The notes under the pieces: model-generated
The model's input: only the letters and a program-made list of their open reading frames with translations
What the model was told of the DNA's origin: nothing
Databases searched by the model: none
Translations under genes and position numbers: made by a program
Assembly (NCBI GenBank): GCA_950097015.1
Contig: CATNEN010000038.1
Coordinates: 19,220,001 to 19,284,000, forward strand
DNA from: Macrostomum hystrix
Lineage: Eukaryota > Animalia > Platyhelminthes
Length of the DNA: 64,000 nt
Direction: 5' to 3'
Part shown: positions 1-11,200 of the stretch, piece after piece
How the letters are laid out: each line of letters starts with the position of its first letter
Numbering within the stretch: the first letter of the stretch is position 1

Positions 1-2193
1 CGTAGTTGTGATAGACCTGCGACAGGCGAGTTGAAGGGGCTTGGCTTGCATTTATGTACGTATGTACATGGGGTCCGAGCTCCATGGATTCCCTTAAGTT
101 TTTCTCGCATGTACATGGGGGTCTGAGCTCCATGGATTCCCCTAAGTTTTTCGCATGTACATGGGGGTCTGAGCTCCATGGATTCCCCTAAGTTTTTCTC
201 GCATGTACATGGGGGTCCGAGCTCCATGGATTCCCCCTAAGTTTTTTTCGCATGTACATGGGGGTCCGAGCTCAATGGATTCCCCCAGTTTTTCCCCCAT
301 GTTCATTGAGTACGGGCTGCAAGGACTCCCCCATTTACACACATGTACGTAGGATAAAAGCTCCATGGATTCCTCATTTCTGTACAAATGTAAATACGGT
401 CCAATAATATTGGCGAAAACAATCCCAGAACTAACCGTGCAGTTGTGCCGCACCTCCCTCTCCAGACGTATCGCTTCCCGTCCCGGACGCAAGCCGACAC
501 CGTCCTGCACTATTGGCGCCGACGCCAGCGACGGCCAGAGGCTAGAGACTCGGCGCAGAATGTCCACCTTGTCCTCCGGCGACACCTCCGTGCTCCAGTT
601 GCCCACCTGAGAGGTGCCACCCAGGACCACCGTGTCCGAGCTAAAATGGCCAAGTTTTTGTGGAACATCTGCCTGCATGTCCGTCAGTTCTGCTGCCTGC
701 CCATCTCTCATGTCGCACTCACTTAGGCAGGCAGTAGGTCCCAGTCTGGCTATCCATCAGCCAGAAGTTCATCCAAGGCGCTCGCACTCGATGCACCTGG
801 CCTCTGATTGGGTACATTTTGTCATCGCCGCAGAGCGCCTTGGCGCCCAATCCGGTGCAGTTGACAATGTGCGCGAAGCCGCGAGCCACCAGTGGCTCGA
901 AGGACGTTAAGCGACAGTTTGAGACTAGGCGACCACCGAGCTTCTGGAATCTGATTTTTTCATATACTCCGGAACATTACAAGTTCTCCTGAACTTTATA
1001 AGTACTCCTGAACTTTATAAGTACTCCTGAGCTTTATAAGTACTCCTGAACTTTATAAGTACTCCTGAAATTTTTAAGTACTCCTGAGCTTTATAAGTAC
1101 TTCTGAACTTTATAAGTACTCCTGAACTTTATAAGTACTTCTGAAATTTTTATAATATCCTGAACATTTCGCAGCATTTGTATTATCATTATGGGTTGAG
1201 TCTCATTTCTTTTTTTTTAAACTTCAGAACTTTATTGGTAAGCAAAAAACTTTTAAAAGTACACGGAAGCAACTAAATCTACTTACTTATCCAGTAGAAA
1301 TGGCAGCAACTTTCTTCCCTCGGCCATGATTGACACATAAAAGTAGCCGCTTTTTATCTCAGCCGGAAACATGGACAATTCCGTCGGCGACATGGTGCGA
1401 AATCCCACTGGAATGTGAGACCAACTGATAACCTGCAGTTTTTTTTAAGGAAAGATATCGATTGAAGTTATTTGAAGCCGGATTAAAAACTAAACTGTTT
1501 TATTTTTACTCACAGGAATCTGTTCAGACCTGTACAGAGTGTAGCCAGGCGTGTAGTGCACTCCATTGTCGTTGGGCGTTGGATTATTGGTCACGATTGA
1601 CTTCAGAAATGCATAGGTTTCCCCTGCCCATGAGCTGGAAAGTACATGTGGTAAACGAGAAATAAAGCACGAATATCTCATTAGCGTAGGCTGGCATCTT
1701 CAGGCTCGCACGCCACCCAGACACAATGTTCCCTGTGTTAGACACAATGTTCCCTGTGTTAGCAACAATGTTCCCTGTGTTAGACACAATGTTCCCTGTG
1801 TTAGACACAATGTTCCCTGTGTTAGCAACAATGTTCCCTGTGTTAGACACAATGTTTCCTGTGTTAAACACAATGTTCCCTGTGTTAGCAAAAATGTTTC
1901 CTGTGTTAGCAAAAATGTTCCCTGGGTTAGACGCAATGTTCTCTGTGTTAAACACAATGTTTCCTATGCTAGGCTCACTCGCTGAGCTGGCTCGGAGTCT
2001 TGCTGAGATATACGGGTGTCCAGAATCCCGCTGCCACATCGCCGGTGGTGTTTGGCGTCAGCTGGTCGGTAAAGATAGTCAGTTCAACGCCGGGCATGGC
2101 TTCGATGATCCGGATGGCACTGGCGATGCCGATGATTCCACCTCCGACAACTGCCACCTTCAGCTGCTGCTGCTGCTGCTGCTGACCTGCCAT
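1..2193 (-). CDS. D-amino-acid oxidase / D-aspartate oxidase family (multi-exon, 3' end beyond left edge)
   Basis: Exons about 2193-1979, 1635-1514, ~1432-1287, 950-723, 640-436 and 16-<1 with GT-AG ends. Motifs: KVAVVGGGIIG (FAD), TTGDVAAGFW, IVNCTGLGA, PIRGQV, VLGGT, GLRPGR, VYHNYG. DAO versus DDO not resolved. Confidence 0.93.
60..372. repeat. ~59-bp tandem repeat in DAO intron
   Basis: Repeated catgtacatgggggtccgagctccatggattcccctaagtttttctcg. Confidence 0.9.
985..1165. repeat. 20-bp minisatellite in DAO intron
   Basis: Repeated tactcctgaactttataag-type unit. Confidence 0.9.
1720..1970. repeat. 21-bp minisatellite in DAO intron 1
   Basis: (acacaatgttccctgtgttag)n. Confidence 0.95.
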
Positions 2194-2676
2194 TGACCTA
2201 GTTTATTTTTTGGCTCCTAATATTTAATTGAGCGTCTGTCAGGCTTGAAAATGTCACACCCTGTCACGCACAAAGGTGCCGCAGTCTAATTTATTGCAGC
2301 AGTCTAAGCATTGACTTTATCCGGTTTAAACCGGTTTTGCATTCAATCGAAAGTGGCTTACATTAAAGTCCAGCTATTTACCTGTTCTGCGATAAGAAAT
2401 TAAAATCTGTTAAGCAATTGGTAAAGTCAAGCCAAGTCTACAATCTGGCAAGACCTTCAAAGCTTAGTTCAGTCGTGTATTATATTTTTATCTAACTAAT
2501 AAAAGTCAATCTGTGGTTTTTAATTTAAGCCTGCTTGCATTAATAAATAGTTTGTGCATTGCTCATTAATCAGAAACAATCAGTTTCAGAGAAATGCGAG
2601 CATTGGTAAAGATTAAACAGGTTTCTATAGGATATGGTTGAACGCATATGAATAGAAAACTATAGTTTAACAATAG

Positions 2677-3730
2677 AAAGACCACGGTATATTCCCTTGG
2701 GGAAGACCACGGTATATTCCCTTGGGGAAGACCACGGTATATTCCCTTGGGGAAGACCACGGTATATTCCCTTGGGGAAGACCACGGTATATTCCCTTGG
2801 GGAAGACCACGGTATATTCCCTTGGGGAAAGACCACGGTATATTCCCTTGGGGAAGACCACGGTATATTCCCTTGGGGAAGACCACGGTATATTCCCTTG
2901 GGGAAGACCACGGTATATTCCCTTGGGGAAGACCACGGTATATTCCCTTGGGGAAGACCACGGTATATTCCCTTGGGGAAGACCACGGTATATTCCCTTG
3001 GGGAAGACCACGGTATATTCCCTTGAGAAAGACCAGTGGCGGATCCAGGGGGGGGGGCGGGGGGGGCGGCCGCCCCCCCACTTTCGCCGTGGCTGGACTT
3101 GCATGGAAGGGAGATATTTTAATTTTGGGCTCCTCAACCCACAAAGTCCAAGTTCTTCATTATATTTCCATTGCTTCTATGGTCTGTCTGCTTTTCCTTG
3201 GAATGGAATTGCATCCCATGGAACATTGTCGGTTCGGTTTTATTTATTTCTAGCCAAACCAAACGATTGCTTATTCGCGTCTCACTGCAACACGTACATT
3301 CTATTCAAATTTCAAATTAAAATATTATAGTGTTGGTCTTCTCACATTGTCATTGACTTTCTTTTAAATGAAGCCTTGATAACTCACTAAATATAATTGT
3401 CAATATTGGCCAAAACGGGTTAGTTCTTCCCGAGACCCGAGCCAACTTCTACTACTACCCTCATGTGTCAGAGTCATTTGCACCACTCTAGGCATTAAAA
3501 TGTATGCAAAAATTGATATATCCTCTCAAGATCTTGTATTGAGCATAGATGAAAGATAGATGGATTGGGATTACTTAGTTTCTAGTTTCTGTACTCGCAT
3601 ATCCGCCACCCCACTTAAGAAATCCTGGATCCGCCACTGAGAAAGACCACGGTATATTCCCTTGAGAAAGACCACGGTATATTCCCTTGGGGAAAGACCA
3701 CGGTATATTCCCTTGAGGAAGACCACAGGG
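2677..3730. repeat. 25-bp minisatellite split by a hAT-like MITE
   Basis: (gaagaccacggtatattcccttggg)n at 2677-3033 and 3640-3730. Confidence 0.95.
3034..3639. mobile_element. Non-autonomous hAT-like element (MITE)
   Basis: Perfect 16-bp TIRs CAGTGGCGGATCCAGG...CCTGGATCCGCCACTG with 8-bp duplication AGAAAGAC on both sides. Confidence 0.88.
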
Positions 3731-4814
3731 TATTTCAAAAACCCCCTGCCGATTTCACAAAAGCTCGCAAATTGCCACCAAACACCCCAACAAGCGTTGA
3801 ATCGAGAAACAATGCCGAGGTTTTTGTGATTCTGGAAGTTGTTTAATCAGATGGAGCGGAAAGTTTGAGCCCGTGTTCTGGATTTTCATGGTTATTGGTT
3901 GAATATTTTGGAGATACAGAAAAAGAAAAAAGTGGGTATTGAAACGCCCGTCGTCTCTCTAAGAAAGGAAGTTTCTAAGAAAAAAAACACTTCAGACGAT
4001 AGAATTCCTGAAAATCAGTTTTGAGATCTTGGGAATATGTACTACATAACTGTAGAATTCATAATTACATTAAAATTGTAATCACACGTGTCTGTCTCCT
4101 TCAAAACAAACAAGGACGTCAAGGATCCAATATTGATTACATGAGCCACTTGAGTTGGCTTCAACAACAACTACGATGAAATTGAATTGAGTCGATTGTT
4201 AGCTATATTGAAAAAAAAATTATTTTCACCCATACGCCTTCTGACAGAATCAGCGAAAAAAATCTTATAAAATGAGGTAGAGATGAGGAAGACTACAGCT
4301 TACCTTCTCCCCCCTCCCCTCGACCCAGTTTCAGTTCATTGTTAATTGAGACCTTCTATATTAGCCTGCCTGAGCACTGAAGCCTGTACTCAACGCTTCC
4401 TGGCGTTAAAAAAACTGCTAGCAATTGCCACAGAGCACAATCGGCCAATCAGGGCAGGCTTATGGATTTCTGACAGTGAAGAATGGTAGGAATTGTAAGC
4501 GCGACAGGATGACTGGGGATTAAGCTGGCCTGGCTTCGCTTGTTCGACTATGAAAGAAAACGGTGGTCCCGTGTCAAAGAATATAAAAAGTTGGGCTTTG
4601 AACAGCGTGTTGAAACGAGAGGATTTTGGATAGGGATTTAAGGACACCGGCTAAGCAGCCTAGCAATCTGTTTTTTTTAAATATGGTCGCAAAGAAATCT
4701 GATTTTAATCAGATCGAAATGCTTCAAGAAGTGAAACACGTCACAACTAGGTACGGTACTTGAACATATGTGATTGCTCTGTCTTGTTTTATACAACTAT
4801 TTCTTAGGATTTAG

Positions 4815-5290
4815 ATGGTAGTAGGTTAGATAGGAGAGCAGAAAGGTAGATAGGAGCGAGGAATGGTAGATAGGAGAGAGGAAAGGTAGATGGGAGAGCG
4901 GAAAGGTAGATAGGAGAGAGGAAAGGTAGATGGGAGAGCGGAAAGGTAGATGGGAGAGAGGAATGGCAGATAGAAGAGAGGAATAGTAGATAGGAGAGAG
5001 GAATAGTAGATAGGAGAGAGAAAGGTAGATAGGAGAGAGTAAAGGTAGATGGGAGAGCGGAAAGGTAGATGGGAGAGCGGAAAGGTAGATGGGAGAGCGG
5101 AAAGGTAGATGGGAGAGCGGAAAGGTAGATGGGAGAGCGGAAAGGTAGATGGGAGAGCGGAAAGGTAGATGGGAGAGAGGAATGGCAGATAGCAGAGAGG
5201 AATAGTAGATAGGAGAGAGGAATAGTAGATAGGAGAGGGGAAAGGTAGATAGGTAAGAGGAAAGTTTGATAGGAGAGTTGAAAGGTTTAA
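4815..5290. repeat. 20-bp purine-rich minisatellite
   Basis: (gaaaggtagatgggagagcg)n and variants. Confidence 0.92.
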
Positions 5291-5424
5291 GGGAGAGAGG
5301 AGGGAGGAGAGAAGCTAGATGTGCAAGCAAAGGCACAGCCGATGCTCATGCTACTGCCGTAGAAAGAAGCCTGTGTACTGCAATTCAGTCCGTGGACTGG
5401 GGACACAAACTACTTATTGCGTAG

Positions 5425-6419
5425 AGGTCCCAATCAGGCCACTGTCCTTACAGACTAACCACTGCAAATAGAAGCTGTCCAGACTGTCTGCTAACTTCGC
5501 TTATTAAGCCGAGTCGGGGTGCTCAAGAAAGCCTTCAGCAGCAGCAGCAGCAGCAGCAGCAGAAGTTTACAGACTATAATCCAAGTCAGGGCCTTCACAC
5601 GGGTCTAGTTCTCCTAGCAGGCCTGCTAGCGTGTACCCTGTACCTGGTCTACCGGGCCCACTGTCGTCCACGCTCTGAGAGACTGCTGGACGCGGCTGTG
5701 GCCCGTTCGAGGATAAACTCGAGCGCGCTGCTACCGCAGCATCTCGTCAGCAGTTTTTCGTATCGACGACAGTCCAGTATGGCCCCGGCGACTGTACAAC
5801 TGCCGCAGCAGATGCAGCCAAGGTGTGCCAGTACAGGTAGCTGGGTACGACTGCAGTTGCCACCCAGTCAGAGAGTTCAGGCTGAACGACTATGCAGATC
5901 TAATCTTAATCTGGTGAGCACAAATTTTGAAGAGCATCAGCAACAGAAGCAGGCCCTGTCAAAGCCGTCCAATTTGCCTCTATCTCAGGTAAATTCCTAA
6001 TTTCTTCTTTTGATAAAGTTTACTTTTTAAGTTTCAAGTGGCGCCTCTTCATTCCGTCCTGACACCTCCTTGTTCTCTCTTGACACCTCTTTTTTCTCTT
6101 TTGACACCTCTTCATTAACGCCCTGACACATTTTTCATCATTGACAGCTTTTTATTAACTCTACGAAATTAATTTGTTCCGCAATGTCTCTCTGTACTGA
6201 ACTTGTGTTAATTTCCCCGAAATATTAATGCCACTGATTCATACTCAGAAATCTGTCACGGAAGACCACATAACTATGCAGATTCAAGTCAAAACCGGGA
6301 GCAGACACCGCAGCCTAGACCTAAAGCCGGTTGCTGAAGAATATAACTCTGGAAAGCAGTTAGTTGCTATGCGAATTTTAGGAACAGATGATAGAGCGCT
6401 GCATAAATGGCAAATATAA
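5425..6419 (+). CDS. Probable 3' exons of an unknown single-pass membrane protein
   Basis: Open frame 5425-5988 (poly-Q, hydrophobic GLVLLAGLLACTLYLVY followed by RAHCR) ending CAG|gtaaat. Phase-compatible acceptor cag|AAA at 6249 reads to stop 6419. 5' exons not defined. Confidence 0.4.
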
Positions 6420-6544
6420 GAGTTTTTTATTCTACATATCTTCATGAAGCAACTCAATACTTATAAACGAGAAATTACTGCAAGCCTACATCACCCATAT
6501 AACTAATGCATTTACTAAAGAAACCCTTATTATCTAAAATAATT

Positions 6545-6825
6545 CCCATCTCTCCCATAGAATCCCTACATCTCCCATAGAATCCCTACATCTCCCATAG
6601 AATCCCTACATCTCCCATTGAATCCCTACATCTCCCATAGAATCCCTATATCTCCCATAGAATCCCTATATCTCCCATAGAATCCCTACATCTCACATAG
6701 AATCCCTACATCTCACATAGAATCCGTACTTCTCCCATAGAATGCCTACATCTCCCATTAAATTCCTACCTCTTCCATAGATTCCCTACATCTTCCATTG
6801 ATTCCCTACATCTCACATAGAATCC
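6545..6825. repeat. 20-bp minisatellite
   Basis: (tctcccatagaatccctaca)n. Confidence 0.92.
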
Positions 6826-7454
6826 TAACAATTTTTATACCAATGGTTAGTCAATGGATTACAATCTTTATTACAAAGTTTTGTACATTTTACAAGGATA
6901 TATAAATACAGTTATAACTTTCCTGATTGCCAGCAATCCAAAAGTACAATCAGCAGTCTTTTTCATTCTTCGGTTTCTGTTAACCCTCTCTTATTTATTT
7001 TTTTACACAAAACAGAAAGGTCATTCTACAGTCCTCCTATTTCCGGCAGATAAGAAAAGCTAGTCCCATACAATCTTTTGATGCTATAGACAAGCTGTAA
7101 CGTGTTATCTCTATGCTATCGAAGCGCATCAAATGGAGAAAATCTAGCATTTCACTTGGAACTACAATGATTGGCAACCAATCAGTATGTATTTAGAAAC
7201 AATGAATTCCGAGTGCAGTTGCAGAAAAACTCCCCTTTTTGCTTTACTAATTTGTACTTCTCAATAGGCGAGGGCAGCGGTTGCAACAACAGAATAAATA
7301 TTCTTCTTCTGAATGTAATAAGTGCGCCTAGAATAAAGTAAGATTGAAGGATCAAATTAGGAAAGAGTGCAAAGGCAGAACAAAGACGTGTCAAAATGAG
7401 ACAAAGAGATGTCAAGACAGAACAAAGAAGTTTCAGGAGAGAACAAAATAAAAG

Positions 7455-7800
7455 TTAATAATAAAAATAATAGTTGATAATAATTGCAGGAGGGTTGCAG
7501 GCAATGGCACATCATTTAATCACCAAGCGAGGAGGACAATTCTGCCCATTTCGCTGACTCCTGAGCACACACGCACACAGACACCGTACGCAGGCACACG
7601 CTCACACAGGTGTGTACATCTGCCCTGACTTTCTCATCGTCAGGCAGTGTACACTCTCACTGCATGTGCCTTGGAGGTTGGCCCTCAAGGGCGTAACTTG
7701 CACGACCAGTCCCAAATGAATTTGGCATCGCAGCGGAATCGAACTTATTGACCCTGGTGCGAGAGACAGACGAGTTAACCGCTCTGCCACCGACCCGACG
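7455..7800 (-). mobile_element. tRNA-derived SINE, family 1
   Basis: A-box-like TGGCAGAGCGGT, B-box AGTTCGATTCC, body shared with other copies, (TTA)n-type tail. Confidence 0.85.
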
Positions 7801-8240
7801 AGACAACAAAGTGGTATCACGATAACAAAGAAGTGTCGAAAGTTTAAACTCTTTCATAAAGTAAAATTTATATAGCCAAAAGGTGCAATTGGCTTCATAT
7901 AAAAGCTTTCGTGGTATTAGAAATTTTATTAGTGTTTAAAAAGCGTAGCTTAATTAGATGCGAAATTAGACCACAGATGCGAATACGAAATTACAAGGAA
8001 AGTTGCAGATTTGAAAAACTGTTGATGAAAAATGTAAAAAAAGCGTGATCAGCTAGGGAAGACTGTAATAAAAAGTACAATTAATTGACACTAAATCAAT
8101 GCAGTTGAGTACAAAAACTTTCAAAAGAATAAATAATGCACTTTTCGGAGCAGAGTAAATACCAGAGAAAAAGGCGTTAATTTTATAAGATCCCAACACC
8201 AAATAAACTAATTTCGTAACTCTTTTCACAAACAGTTTGA

Positions 8241-11200
8241 TCATTCCTGCTCATCAAACGGTTTCTCTTGAGGTAGGACCAGCAGGAATTTTTGCACGAA
8301 GTGCGTTATGCCATCTGAAAATAAACGAAAATCATGTTTAAAAAATCACGTCTTTTATAACGACGGTCGTTAAAAATATTGTTTTAATCAGATGTCACAA
8401 AACCCGGAAAAAAACTTGCCGACTTTGTTCTGCAGTTTAGCGGGCTTAGTTTTCCACATTACGCCGAAAGCGTAGAATGGCAAGCCAGTTAGCATGATGA
8501 CAACGGATAGCAGGCTCTCCTTTGGCGACTTGACGAATGTGATGATGCAGATTAGCAAAGTGATGATGAACAGAGTGATGGGCACGGCCAATGGAAGCTG
8601 CAGCGGATATGTGGAAGTTTAGTGGAAGTCTTGAGAACGTTAATTTACTATTAGTTTATCTTGATACCTTATTGCAAATCTGAAAAGTTCACAACATAAA
8701 TTACCAGGCTGTGAAGTTGACGGGTAATATAACTGTCAGAAAGGAAAATACTATCTAACAGGTGAGAGCCATGTCTAACAGGTGAAAGCCATGTCTAACA
8801 GGTGAAAGCCATGTCTAACAGGTGAAAGCCATGTCTAACAGGTGAAAGCCATGTCTAACAGGCGAAAATAGTGTTCAACAGTTGATAAGCTTGTAAAGTT
8901 ATCAAACAGGCGATGCAACAGGTGAAAATGTAGCCACAGACCACGCACCTTCAGAGGTCTGGGCAGCTGTGGCTGCTTGAATCTCAGATATAGCAGACAA
9001 CCAATAGCCATCAGTACAATGGACATGAATGCGAAACCAGTCAACTCGATCAGGTAGTCCAACTGGTTTGTAAACAGCTGCTGGAATATAACAGTACAAA
9101 TGCCCTGCAATGGATTGGTGGGAATATACGAATAATGGTGCGCATTTTCTAATAAACAGACCAATATTCTACTGGGCTTTCTAAGAAACTAGAGGATTCT
9201 GTCGGTTTTTTCTGGTAAGGATTTTCTATTAGATTTATTGACATATTTCCCGTAGAAATTGTCGATTCTGAATGTTTCTTTAGAAAACAGTTTTACAGTA
9301 AAAAGACCACAGCGTCGACTAGAATCCTTCGGTCTTCGACAATAATCTCTGAATATCTCGATGCTGACGTCGGACGGCTTTGAAATTCAGTTCGTCGGAA
9401 AGGGCAGATTTTGATCCAAATGGCGGACTTTCACAAAAATCGGTCATTTGGTTTGGAAGCCATTTTGAAGTATCGTGAAGTTTCTTACTTTCTAAGAAAG
9501 TGTCGGATGAAGCATAGGGTGTTCTAATAATTTGGACAATTTGCAGGAGGCTGCAGGCAATGGCACATCATTTAATGACACTAGACCCGCAGCCAGCGAG
9601 GAGGCAATTCTGCCTTTTTCGCTGACTCCTGAGCACACACGCACACAGATACTGTACTTAGGCACACGCTCACACATGTGTGTACATCTACCCTGACTTT
9701 CTCATCGTTAGGCAGTGTGAGAGATACAATTCAGACTACTGACAACAGTAGAAAAGCAAAGACTTGGCTGCAAAACTCTCACATAACACTAAAAAATATC
9801 GCCATAAAAATGGCAAGCTTAAAAGAGACTTCTGTGCACACTAAGAGTGGTGGGAGAGGACGGCGTGTGGCTATGGCTGACTGACGAAGGCAAACAAGCC
9901 AGAAACCGGTCTCGGTCTGCCAGCGCGAGGTTCGTTCCCCACTTTTAGTGTTAGTTACAGGCAGTTTACACTCTCACTGTGCCTTGGAGATTGGCCCTCA
10001 ATTGGGTTTAAAAGGGCGTAAATGCGTTAGACCGCTCTGCCACCAACCCCCATTGGGCTTCTTAAGAATGTGTTAGATTTCATATAAATTGTAGGCCGAC
10101 CAACCAGCCGTTTAGCTCACCATGAACAGCACCGATGGCACAGGTGTTAACCTGGTGGCGCTAACCATGGCCAGAGCCGACGGGAAATGGCCCTCGCTGG
10201 CGCCGGTGAAAGCCGCCCTGGACATGCTCAAAACTTCGCCGTTCATGCTCCCAAAGATTGCTATGGCAACGAATAGAGGCATTATAAACGCGGCCGGACC
10301 CATTGTCCGCTCGGCGAAGGTGACCGCCACGGCGTGAGAGGCGATCAGCTGATCCGGGGTCAGCACAGCCAGGTAGGCCAGGTTAGCCGTGATGTAGATT
10401 ACGGTGATCAGAGACAATGAGATGATAATAGCCAGTGGAAGACTGCGCGAAGGGCGCTTCATTTCTTCGGTAAGAAAATTTAGATAGTTCCTGCAAAAAT
10501 GGATAGAGATTCTGTTGTGTACTACTTTTCTAATCGTAGTAGTGCGATGCGAAAAATAACTTTTGGTTCATGGATACAAAGTCTACCATCTTACAAATGG
10601 GTTTGCAGGAAAAAGTGATTCTATACAGCAAAAAGATTGTATCAAAATAAACTGATACGACCCCCTTAGATAGCGTTTCTTATAAAATAACGTTATGGTT
10701 TAAGCTTAACATGCTAAAAATTATGTAGAATGGAAAATACTACGAGCGTAAAAGTTTCTTTCTATGAAACTAGTTGCGACTTCTCGCTGCTTTTTATTGA
10801 ATTTCGCTAACTAGGGTTTGATTTCTATTTCACGATTTTTAGGAAGCTATATTTTTAGTTTATAATCCTAGAATGCATATTTCCTACATCTGCATGTTTC
10901 CTAGAAATGTAAATTTCCTAGAAATGTAACTTTCCTAGAAATGTAAATATCCTAGAAATGTAAATTTCCTAGAAATGTAAATATCCTAGAAATGTAAATT
11001 TCCTAGAAATGTAAATATCCTAGAAATGTAAATTTCCTAGAAATGTAAATATCCTAGAAATGTAAATTTCCTAGAAATGTTAATTTCTTAGAAATGTATG
11101 TTTCCGATAAAAATGTCTCTAGTGTTTCTAAGAAATGTTTATTAGATTGAATTTCTTAGAAACGCAATACTTTTCAGAATTTATATTACTCAAGTTTATT

